Part shown: one piece after another, positions 27,309 to 35,839 of the stretch | How the letters are laid out: every line of letters starts with the position of its first letter | Position numbering within the stretch: position 1 is the first letter of the stretch | Origin: an uncultured bacterium | GTDB taxonomy: Bacteria; Chlamydiota; Chlamydiia; Chlamydiales; SM23-39 | DNA: 64,000 nucleotides | NCBI GenBank assembly: GCA_963716985.1 | Contig: OY970323.1 | Coordinates: forward strand, 1,056,001 to 1,120,000 | Direction of reading: 5' to 3' | Program-made: the position numbers and the translations under genes | Notes under the pieces: model-generated | The model's input: the letters and a program-made list of their open reading frames with translations, nothing else | Database searches by the model: none | What the model was told of the DNA's origin: nothing

Positions 27309-28371
27309 AGAGGCGAAAAAATCCCTCCATCTCCTCTAACCATCCCTCTTGTTGGAGTTTTTTTATTTTTTCCCAAAGTTCATGAGGAATCTTTCCCTGC
27401 TTTTTTTGAAAAATCTCCATTTGCACTCCCTGAATGAGCCGCAGTTCGATGACGAAAAGTTCCGCAAGTTTTTGGGGTTGCGGCAATGTTTCTTCAAAAG
27501 CAGTGGGGATCTGATGCAATTGCAGCTGCCGGTAATATAGGTCCATGTTCGCCCTATTTTGAAATCTTCTGCCCTCTTCGTAACTAAAAGCAGAAGGGCC
27601 GAGGCCCAAAAAGGGGCGCCCGATCCAGTAGCCTACGTTATGTCTTGAATAAAGACCTTTTTTTGCAAAGGCGGAAATCTCATAGCGCTCGAATGAGAAG
27701 GAGGAAAAAGAGGAAATGGCCATTTCCCATAACTGCAAACTCAACGCCCCATCCGGGAGCAGCGGCAAAAGCATACTCCTTTTTTTATGGAAAAAGGTGT
27801 TTTCTTCAAAGGTTAGATTATAAAGGGAGAGATGGGTGATGGGCAGATCTTTGACAAGGGAAAGAGTTTTTTCCCAGCTCTCCATTGTCTGGCGCGGCAG
27901 GTCGAACATAAGATCGATAGAGAGATTATCGAATCCTGCGCTATTTGCCCATTCGATCGCTTGCAATCCCTTTTTTGCAGAGTGGGAGCGATTTAATAGG
28001 CGCAGTAAAGAAGGATCGAAGGATTGAATCCCGAGGCTGAGGCGATTGATGCCCATTTCTCTAAAAGAGCGCAAAGCATTTTTGGAAAGGCTTTCGGGGT
28101 TAGCTTCCAGGGTGATCTCACAAGAAGCGTCGTGGTCGATCCATCCCAGTATTGGCCCTAGATCTTTTTCTAGAAGAGAAGGAGTTCCTCCGCCAAAATA
28201 AATGGAGGTAATCTCTTTTCCCGCCTGATGCTTGCGAAGATCCCATTCGATTTTTAAGTGTTTCAGAAATTCGTTTTTCAGCTCTTCTTTGAAGGGAATA
28301 GAATAAAAATGACAATAGGGACACTTTCTCTGGCAAAAGGGAATATGAAAATAGATGCTTTTACCAGTTAT
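27259..28371 (-). CDS. hemW: radical SAM heme chaperone HemW (HemN-like); start codon uncertain
   Basis: YFHIPFCQRKCPYCHF, YFGGGTPS, EITLEANP, NRLSLGIQSF and YEISAF. The conserved domain begins at ITGKSIY (ATA 28371). The ORF-track extension overlaps the upstream gene. Confidence 0.9.
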   Translation of the reverse strand: MTGKSIYFHIPFCQRKCPYCHFYSIPFKEELKNEFLKHLKIEWDLRKHQAGKEITSIYFGGGTPSLLEKDLGPILGWIDHDASCEITLEANPESLSKNALRSFREMGINRLSLGIQSFDPSLLRLLNRSHSAKKGLQAIEWANSAGFDNLSIDLMFDLPRQTMESWEKTLSLVKDLPITHLSLYNLTFEENTFFHKKRSMLLPLLPDGALSLQLWEMAISSFSSFSFERYEISAFAKKGLYSRHNVGYWIGRPFLGLGPSAFSYEEGRRFQNRANMDLYYRQLQLHQIPTAFEETLPQPQKLAELFVIELRLIQGVQMEIFQKKQGKIPHELWEKIKKLQQEGWLEEMEGFFRLSKKGLLFYDSVAEELL

Positions 28372-28828
28372 CTGAGTCGGGATCTTCCCAAACGCCTCTT
28401 TTCCAGCGATTTGTGTCGGAGAAAGGATCTTCTGCTTCTTCACTTTCCTCTTCTGCAGCTTCTTCTTGAACGGGAGCTTCTTCCGCGACGGGGGCGGCCT
28501 CTTCTTCGGTGACGGCGCCCTCATCAAAATTTTCTGTTTCTAGGTCCAGCCCCACGTCGGTATCGATTCCCATTTCCATGTCGGGCAGGGTTTGCGGTTC
28601 TGCGTAAGCTTGTTTGGCAGATCCTCTTTTCGGGGCAGTGAACTCTTCGCCCTCGCCGCTTTCCTTCATGAAGCGAAGCCGCTCTTTTTCTTCTTCGATC
28701 TTGATTTTGATGAGTCGGATTTCTTCATTGTGTTTGAGAAGGTCTTTTTTGGGGACCAATCCCAATCGCTTCCACTGTTCGAGGTCTTCAAATTCTGTTT
28801 CTAATTTTTTCAAGCGCTCACTTTTCAT
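28361..28828 (-). CDS. conserved chlamydial hypothetical protein (CT053-like), acidic C-terminus
   Basis: MKSERLKKLE.E..DLEQW..LGLVPKKD...H.EEI and the DPFSD.NRWKRG tail are recalled as Chlamydiae-specific. ATG 28828. Confidence 0.8.
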   Translation of the reverse strand: MKSERLKKLETEFEDLEQWKRLGLVPKKDLLKHNEEIRLIKIKIEEEKERLRFMKESGEGEEFTAPKRGSAKQAYAEPQTLPDMEMGIDTDVGLDLETENFDEGAVTEEEAAPVAEEAPVQEEAAEEESEEAEDPFSDTNRWKRGVWEDPDSDNW

Positions 28829-28973
28829 TAAAAAAACCTTACCTTTTATGTGGAGAACAATAGCTAAACAGTGGCATTTTCCTGAAGTTTTTTTTGAAGA
28901 AGACAAAAAATCCCCTTCTTTTTTGTCTATCTACAAAAGTAAGAATTTTTTAAACAGTTTTTTTTTAGAAAGA

Positions 28974-29237
28974 TCAAAAAGTCACCTTGACAGTGCCTTT
29001 TTTGATCTTGCATTTACAGGCAAGCCTTTCATCGCCCATTTCACCTAAAAAGTCTTTTTCTTCCATGGTATATTCGGAAAGATTTTCCATCCCCGAAGTG
29101 ATTTGGATGACGCAAGCTCCGCAAATACCCTCTCCGCAAGGGATGGGCACACCTGCTTTCTCGCAGACATCTTTGATTGGAGAGCCGTCAGGCAGGTCAT
29201 ACTCTTCGTTTAAATTTTCAAAAATGATCTTGGCCAT
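28974..29237 (-). CDS. [2Fe-2S] ferredoxin
   Basis: C-x4-C-x2-C (CGEGICGAC) plus RLAC. Confidence 0.92.
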   Translation of the reverse strand: MAKIIFENLNEEYDLPDGSPIKDVCEKAGVPIPCGEGICGACVIQITSGMENLSEYTMEEKDFLGEMGDERLACKCKIKKGTVKVTF

Positions 29238-29288
29238 AAAAAATCCACTTTAAGTTTTTTTTCTATTATTCAAGGATTTCGATAAAAT

Positions 29289-29516
29289 TCAAGAAGGATT
29301 GTTGGTCTTTTTCTTAAGAATTTCCAGAACGCTTGCTTTGAGGGATTGAATTCCCTCCGGAAGGCCGCATTCTTTGAGCAACTGATTGACCGTCGAATGT
29401 TCGGTTTCTAAAAAATCGATCTTGCTCTCTAAGGAAGCGATGGCTTGTAATAATTTTTTCATAAGATCCGTTTGAATGCCTATTTCAATTATAGCTCGGC
29501 TCCCTTCCTCGAGCAA
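29289..29516 (-). CDS. small coiled-coil hypothetical protein
   Basis: IASLESKIDFLETE...LLKECGLPEGI.SLK, co-oriented with the ferredoxin gene. Start uncertain. Confidence 0.6.
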   Translation of the reverse strand: MLEEGSRAIIEIGIQTDLMKKLLQAIASLESKIDFLETEHSTVNQLLKECGLPEGIQSLKASVLEILKKKTNNPS

Positions 29517-29599
29517 GCATTAAAAGAATGATTTGTCAATGGAAAGAATCAAAAAAAAGTTCTCCCTATCGAATGATTTCACAGGCTCCGGACGGGGAG

Positions 29600-32320
29600 C
29601 TATTGTGTTGCTTTAGGGAAAATCCCTAAAAAATAGGGAAGGTAGAAATTTATGCATTGCGAGGTCCAAAAAAGGGCAGAACATAGCGGTGGGGCTGTCC
29701 GTTGGTTTTTGCGCGTTTGCAATAGGCCGCTGAGTGTGTGGGACAAAGAGAGGGCGGCTGCTTTCCAGTAGAATCTTCCGGCATTGGCACTCAATTGCCA
29801 AAAAGCAATAAAGTTGAGAAGAGATAAAAGGGCCGTTGTAGTGATTGCTCGGTTCCGTCCGGAGAGTCTTTGATTGAGCAGGTTCGAGAGCCCTAAGGAA
29901 GATAGCGAGCTAAAAATAATGGTGGGAAGGTTTCCGAAAAGGGCGGAGGAGAACATTTCGTGCAGGGCAGGGTCGGGCAACCAGCGGCCAAGATTCTTGG
30001 CGGCAGATCCGAGCGCGGTGAGAGGAGTGGCGAGATTTGTGAATGTACACAGAATTGCGGACGCCCCCAGAAGAACGGTGATGATTTTTCCGGTTTTTGA
30101 CACTTTTGAGTTGCGGATGATTGTGTACAATAGGCTGCCTGCAGCTATTTTTGCCAGATTGGTTTTTGTCATGAAGTTCCATGCAATCGTAGCAGGTATT
30201 TCGAGGCTTACCGGCGAGCAGTTGAAAAGAAGGCCCCAAATAGCCGCTGTGATTAAGTAGCTCGCCTTTTCCGAAAGTATAGGGACTCTCCATCCGGACC
30301 TATGAAGAGACGCAGATCCATGCTTGATGATATGTTTGCCCATCAGCATGAAGTAGGCCATTGCGGCCTTTCCGGCCCAACCGGAGGGAATCATTAAACT
30401 TGCAAGTTTTTTCAGCCCGAAGGTTGTTCCCGCTTGTGCGAGAGTTGTCATTCTGCTGACAATGCGCGGAGATAAAAAGTTGAGCGCAAGAAAAAGAAGC
30501 GCGGATACTACCATTCGTTCCTCAGGCGTTCGATTGGCAAAACGGGCGAGAAGTTTTTGTTGCAAGAAAGGAGTGCAAAGATTCGTGGCTATCATCGTTA
30601 CAATCTGGAGAAAAGAGGAGGGCAATAGCATGTTGGCCGCGAATGGAATCAAGGTTCCGGCTGCTTGAGGAATCAGGTGGCCGATTGCATAGGGGACAAG
30701 AGCGCCGATCAAAGGGAGCGCGAGCCATTTAATTTTATCCTGTAAGAGTGTATTTACAATGGATTCTCCGAGCAGGCTTTTGAGAACGTTAACTGTTTGC
30801 GGCTCGCGGGAATTTCGGGCGAGAACCCCTCCTAAAATGCCCCCGAGAACAGCTGCGCTCCAAACGACCGGAGCCATTCCGGAACAATAGGCGGCTGCCA
30901 GAGAGGCGAGAGCGACTTTTATGAAAGTTGGATGATCCTCGATCCAGGGGATCGTTTGTAATACGGGATCGAGCTTATTTAAATGCTTGGGAGCGAAAGC
31001 TGCGATGGCAAGCGATAGGGCGACCGTTGTCGGGGCGAAGATCCAGGTAAGCCCTGCGGTGGCAAGGCCCGCAGCGGCAATTATCGCTGTTTTTCTTATG
31101 TTGGGCCTGATCCTGTGGAGGAGTGAAGGGTGCTGCGTCGTTGATGAGGAGAGAAGAGATTGGTTGATCCCTTCTATATTTCTATAGGCCAAATAGCCGG
31201 CGCCAACGGCAGCCACAGCCGTAATGGGGGAGAAGAGGAGGGATGCACCTGCGGTAAGCGATACAGCGGCAATATTTTGGATGGTTAGGTATTTTTTCCA
31301 GCGTCCCCAGCCGCTTTCTTCTTGCGGCAGGATTTCCGTTTTCCAACGCGCATGAAGTTGATTCTTTAAAAGGTCATTTGCGAGCAATTCCTCGCAAAGG
31401 GGTTTGTCTCTCGGATGGCCTTCTAAATGCCTTTGCACAAGCGCATGGACCTCGCCCTCCTCGAAAGCCTCCATTAACGTGTCTTCGGTTTCGGGGTTTG
31501 CAAGAAATTGCGTTAAAGCAGCCACTTTGGGCCCTAGAAGAGGTTGTTTTGCAGGATCCTTGCGGATCTGCTCTTCTAAGTTGGCTTTTTTTGCTTGAAG
31601 AGGCTCGAGAAAGGGGGTTAGCTGTTTTTGCGCTGCAGCTTGCTGATAATTTTGGGCGAACACGAGAAAATCCTGTCGAAGACGTGCTTTGAAAGACTCA
31701 AAATCTCTCAGAGAAGATTGGGCCAGTGGCTTTTTAAGGCACCAATCTCTGACGAGGAGAAGAGAGATGTTTTGCGTGTCTAACTGTCCTGAAATTCCAA
31801 GAGAGGGAAGGGAAAGAACACTGGGTTTTTGAGCAGGTCCGCTTGTGATTGCAGGCGCTTCTTGAAATGAGCCGAGTAGTTCCGGGATGAGATCTTTTAA
31901 TGTTTGGTATTGCAAGCCTCCATATTTTCTGGGGATTATGCATTTGCTGGGGTGTGAAGGATCATGTCGCAAAAGCGTTTCATCGGAAACATCCCATCTT
32001 TTCGCGGTATATTTGTCTATGACCTCGACGCGGCCGCCGAGAGCGGAAATTTCAAATTGACAGGGACTTGTCAATAGTGTTTGCAATTCCGTGTCCTGGA
32101 GATATTTGCCTGTATTTTTGAGTGTGAAAACCACATCGTTCATAAAAGAGCGTAAGTTCTCTCTGGGCACAGAGTATTGATCGACGATGCGGATCGGCAT
32201 GCCATCTTCATCGACCGGTCTTACTTTAAGATCAAGCCATCGGCTGCCGGACCAGAAACGGCCGCAGGAGGCCACAGATTCTAGCTGAAAACTACCCATT
32301 GAAGAAGCTGCTCCGGTCAT
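29600..32320 (-). CDS. large polytopic membrane protein with soluble N-terminal and coiled-coil region
   Basis: 906-aa ORF with AAGGA RBS. About 340 aa soluble, then many Ala/Gly/Leu-rich hydrophobic hairpins. No family recognised. Confidence 0.8.
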   Translation of the reverse strand: MTGAASSMGSFQLESVASCGRFWSGSRWLDLKVRPVDEDGMPIRIVDQYSVPRENLRSFMNDVVFTLKNTGKYLQDTELQTLLTSPCQFEISALGGRVEVIDKYTAKRWDVSDETLLRHDPSHPSKCIIPRKYGGLQYQTLKDLIPELLGSFQEAPAITSGPAQKPSVLSLPSLGISGQLDTQNISLLLVRDWCLKKPLAQSSLRDFESFKARLRQDFLVFAQNYQQAAAQKQLTPFLEPLQAKKANLEEQIRKDPAKQPLLGPKVAALTQFLANPETEDTLMEAFEEGEVHALVQRHLEGHPRDKPLCEELLANDLLKNQLHARWKTEILPQEESGWGRWKKYLTIQNIAAVSLTAGASLLFSPITAVAAVGAGYLAYRNIEGINQSLLSSSTTQHPSLLHRIRPNIRKTAIIAAAGLATAGLTWIFAPTTVALSLAIAAFAPKHLNKLDPVLQTIPWIEDHPTFIKVALASLAAAYCSGMAPVVWSAAVLGGILGGVLARNSREPQTVNVLKSLLGESIVNTLLQDKIKWLALPLIGALVPYAIGHLIPQAAGTLIPFAANMLLPSSFLQIVTMIATNLCTPFLQQKLLARFANRTPEERMVVSALLFLALNFLSPRIVSRMTTLAQAGTTFGLKKLASLMIPSGWAGKAAMAYFMLMGKHIIKHGSASLHRSGWRVPILSEKASYLITAAIWGLLFNCSPVSLEIPATIAWNFMTKTNLAKIAAGSLLYTIIRNSKVSKTGKIITVLLGASAILCTFTNLATPLTALGSAAKNLGRWLPDPALHEMFSSALFGNLPTIIFSSLSSLGLSNLLNQRLSGRNRAITTTALLSLLNFIAFWQLSANAGRFYWKAAALSLSHTLSGLLQTRKNQRTAPPLCSALFWTSQCINFYLPYFLGIFPKATQ

Positions 32321-32712
32321 AATAATTCCTTTTTTGTTAGATTATTTAATATAATAGCATGATTGTAATTTAATGTAAATCTTTTGTAATAATAGGCTTG
32401 TGTCAAATATTTTTTATAATTAGTAAATTTTTTATTATTATGTCAGTTTGCATGTCTTTAGCCGCGTGCGACTTGGAGAATTATCTTGACTTTTTTGGAT
32501 TCTGCTATCAATTTGTTAAGTCTATGATAGTGAATGTATTGTGGTTTTGTAAGAAATTTTTTGACTCTATAATATATGTTTTTCAATTAGATGTATTTTG
32601 CTAATAAAAATCTTTAACTAGCTGTATACAAATATTTATTATTATGCTATCATATAAGCATAAAAATATAACATTAAGGTGTAAAGAAAGGAACGAGAGG
32701 AAGGAGGCGTCT

Positions 32713-34155
32713 ATGACTACTATTATAGAAATTACTGAAACCACCCCATTACTACCTGCTGCTTCGGGCGCTCCTGTGGTGAAAAACCCTGACCAAGGAA
32801 CGTTACCGCAGCGAATCAGTGATCGCGTTTGTGCAATTTTCAAATTTCTTTTAACTCCATTCTTCACGGCAAATTCTCCCTATTCAAAAACCTACCAGGC
32901 TTGTCCTTCGCCCTCATCCCTCACACTTACTGAAAAGCAGAAGACCCGCCAGTTAGATCTCATTCGTGAGATGCTGCATCCGGATCAGCCCCCGACGCCT
33001 CTACAGACGATAGGTCAGGTAGTCAAGGACATTTTTGTAAATATTTTCGCCTTTTTTGGCGGCGATGCCATGTGCGGGGTCCGTCGATTTTTTAACGTGG
33101 CCCCCCCTGCAGTTATGGCGGCGGCTGATGCAGCAAAAACAGCAGATGCACTGGCAGCCGGAGCCATTGGAGCTTCTTTGGTTCAGGGCGGTGTCCAGAT
33201 AGCGCTTGGAGTCCAACAGACAGTGGAGGCGTGCCACAAAGATAATGAAGGGGTTGATTTTGGATTAAATCTCATTGTCCAGGGAATCTTTAACATTGTG
33301 GCAGGCGTTCTTTGGGCGGTCGTCTATTGGAGTGCAGTCTTTGCTGCGACTACAGCGGGCATTCTCATAGGGACTGTTGCATGTCCTCTTCTTTTTGCAG
33401 CTTCTTGCTTGTTTAACCTTGTATTGGCAGTGAAAAAACTGATCAACCTTATCGAGTTTAATAAAGAGTTTAGGAAGTGTTTTACGAAGACCGCAAGCGG
33501 AGAGGAAGTCGTCGACGAAGGAAAGCTGCAAGCATTTATTCAAAAATGCCTTTTAATCACTGAAGGAGATGAGAAAAAAATCGATGATGAAGCCAAAGTG
33601 TATTGCAAAAAGATGATTCTCAAAAATCACCCTGAAGTGGTAGTAAGCAAGAGCGGTCCTGTATTTACAGAGGAATTTACCCAAGTACGATTCGACGATG
33701 AAGTTCAGAAAATGCTTGGCCGAGTTAAGGAAGCTTTGAGAAAAACGACATTAGAAACAAAAAAAGCCTACCTTGAGAGAAGGCTTAATTCGGAATGCTA
33801 TGAGAAAATGCATCAATACTTGGCGGGAACTGCGACATTCAAGGCAGAACAGCTAGCCCGAAAGATCACAAATACCATCTGGTGGAACAGGTTCTTTACG
33901 GTAGTGAAGATTGTCATCTTGGTCGCAGGCATCGCCGCATTGATCGCTCTGACGATTTGCCCTGCTGGCCATCTTGCGATTTTCCTTGTCCTGTTCATCA
34001 CTCTTCTTTGTTGGGTAATTCTGGATCTTCGCGGCTGCGCTCTGTGGCCAAAGATCCGACGCCATCTTTTTGGAGATGAGACGGAAGATGAAGAGCCAAG
34101 TCGGAAACAAAAGAAAGTGACTCAAGGGCCTGCAATCCCGCGCACCTGCTCTTGA
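32713..34155 (+). CDS. Inc-like candidate effector, paralog 1
   Basis: AGGAGG RBS before ATG 32713. Two bilobed hydrophobic regions separated by a helical domain. Shares KKAY.ERR.NSECYE and LDLRG.A.WPKIRR.LFGD with 40622..42091. Confidence 0.8.
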   Translation: MTTIIEITETTPLLPAASGAPVVKNPDQGTLPQRISDRVCAIFKFLLTPFFTANSPYSKTYQACPSPSSLTLTEKQKTRQLDLIREMLHPDQPPTPLQTIGQVVKDIFVNIFAFFGGDAMCGVRRFFNVAPPAVMAAADAAKTADALAAGAIGASLVQGGVQIALGVQQTVEACHKDNEGVDFGLNLIVQGIFNIVAGVLWAVVYWSAVFAATTAGILIGTVACPLLFAASCLFNLVLAVKKLINLIEFNKEFRKCFTKTASGEEVVDEGKLQAFIQKCLLITEGDEKKIDDEAKVYCKKMILKNHPEVVVSKSGPVFTEEFTQVRFDDEVQKMLGRVKEALRKTTLETKKAYLERRLNSECYEKMHQYLAGTATFKAEQLARKITNTIWWNRFFTVVKIVILVAGIAALIALTICPAGHLAIFLVLFITLLCWVILDLRGCALWPKIRRHLFGDETEDEEPSRKQKKVTQGPAIPRTCS

Positions 34156-34198
34156 GCGTCCAACTCTTCAAAGCGCTCTTAACGAAGTTCTTGGCAAA

Positions 34199-35839
34199 TT
34201 ACCGGAATTTCGAAACGATATGTGAGAAAAGAGAGGGCCGTCTGCTTGCGAAATAAGGGGTGATGCGCCAGGACCTATTCATAGCTGTTTGAGGAAATCT
34301 TCGAGTAAGAGAGTCGAGTTGGGAATTGCTAAATTGTGAAGACCAAACTGTCTGAAACCAAGGAAAAGGACGTGTGCGGTTGATGGGCGGATAGACATCA
34401 ATCGATTCTAGATGTGGGCATTTTTTCGAGATGATTTCTAATAAGTCATCTAATCGGGCTTTGTCCTGGGTCAGTGGGGGATGTATGCTTAAATGCCTCA
34501 GTCTGTGCAGGGATTCAAAGTTTGAAAAAATTCGCGAAAGCCCCTCATGGGTAAGTGGAGTTCTCCAGGAAAAGAGTTTCAAAGATGTTAGATGCGGACA
34601 TTTTCTTATGATGAGCTCTAATAGTTCGTCATCTGTGTCTAGTGGGTATAAACTCAGTTTTTCCAGATGGGGTAATGAGTCATAACTAGAAAGAATAGCT
34701 CTCACTTTAGTAGGCGTGAAATTAGATTCGGAGCTAGCGAGGTTCAGTCGTTTTAGGCTCGGAAATCTTCTGAGAACCCATCCTAAAAAAGCATCATTGA
34801 AGTTATTGATATGGAGAGAGTCTAAAAATAAGCTTTCTAGCCTTTCCGGGTATTTGAAGCCTGAAAAAATATCTTCGAGTTGTTCATGAGTGAGCTGGTC
34901 GTCATTGAGGCGTATTCCTAGAGATTTTAGATTGGGGTAATTTGCGATAATGAGCTTCAATAGGGGATAGTCAAAAATAACTTGGTCGCTGCCCATTTCC
35001 AAATGTTCGAGTTTGCTCAAGGTAGAAAAAACCTGTGTCAGCCCATGATAGGTAAATCCGGTAGAAGTGCAGTTTAGTGATTTCAGGTTAGGGCAGCTTT
35101 TGGCTATTATCTCCCATAGAGCATCGTTCACGACCGCGAATGTGTAACTTAAGTCCAAATGTTCCAATTTTTGAACCCATTCGGCATTTGAAAAAATGAA
35201 AGAGAGTCCTTCGCTGGTAAGGTCACTGCACAATTTGATGGTTAACGATTTGAGCTTTGGGCAAACTCTGAAGATGCGGTCTAATAGGGCGTCATCCAGA
35301 GGGAGGGTGTATAAATCCAGGTGCTCTAGATTGCAAAACGATTCTTTATTTGAAAAAATGCGCACAAGTCCAGCGTAGGTGAGATTAGAACATCTGCCAA
35401 GATTTAACGCAGTTGGGGCGCAATGTTGAAGAATCTGTGCGCATTCATCGTCATTTACATCTGTGTGGTATAAATCTAGATTTTTAATAGGTGGATAGAC
35501 GGGAGGGGAGGTTTTTGGGTCTAAAACGGCCCTTGCGTCTTGCCATTGAAGATATTCAGGAGCTCTTGTCCTGTGCCCATCGGTTGCCATTCGCTCTCTC
35601 ATTACTGTGGTGATGATCCCGGTGTTGATCTCGGAGCTGATAGCCGTTGCTGATGGGGCTGCGGCCGGTCCTATGACCTTTCCCGTCATGATTTGATGGA
35701 TGGCCTTGCAGGTTTTTGCAAGTGCGACCTGGTCCGTTAAGGGTAGATATTCCGCGATGTTTGGCATGATCCCGCGATTTGTAAAAACCTCTAGAGAAAG
35801 ATCAGGAGGCAAACTCGTGCGTGTTGTGGATGTGGACAT
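34199..35839 (-). CDS. F-box-like plus LRR protein 1 (eukaryotic-like effector candidate)
   Basis: N-terminal LP.D...E.......I..YL...D..AL..TCK.I F-box-like motif and Cys-containing LRRs (LEHLDL...DD.LL..I...CPxLKSL). Confidence 0.85.
   Translation of the reverse strand: MSTSTTRTSLPPDLSLEVFTNRGIMPNIAEYLPLTDQVALAKTCKAIHQIMTGKVIGPAAAPSATAISSEINTGIITTVMRERMATDGHRTRAPEYLQWQDARAVLDPKTSPPVYPPIKNLDLYHTDVNDDECAQILQHCAPTALNLGRCSNLTYAGLVRIFSNKESFCNLEHLDLYTLPLDDALLDRIFRVCPKLKSLTIKLCSDLTSEGLSFIFSNAEWVQKLEHLDLSYTFAVVNDALWEIIAKSCPNLKSLNCTSTGFTYHGLTQVFSTLSKLEHLEMGSDQVIFDYPLLKLIIANYPNLKSLGIRLNDDQLTHEQLEDIFSGFKYPERLESLFLDSLHINNFNDAFLGWVLRRFPSLKRLNLASSESNFTPTKVRAILSSYDSLPHLEKLSLYPLDTDDELLELIIRKCPHLTSLKLFSWRTPLTHEGLSRIFSNFESLHRLRHLSIHPPLTQDKARLDDLLEIISKKCPHLESIDVYPPINRTRPFPWFQTVWSSQFSNSQLDSLTRRFPQTAMNRSWRITPYFASRRPSLFSHIVSKFR

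Noticed and set aside
27259..28527. Long Lys/Pro-rich N-terminal extension of HemW in the ORF track
   Set aside because: It is the alternative reading frame of the acidic tail of the upstream CT053-like gene.
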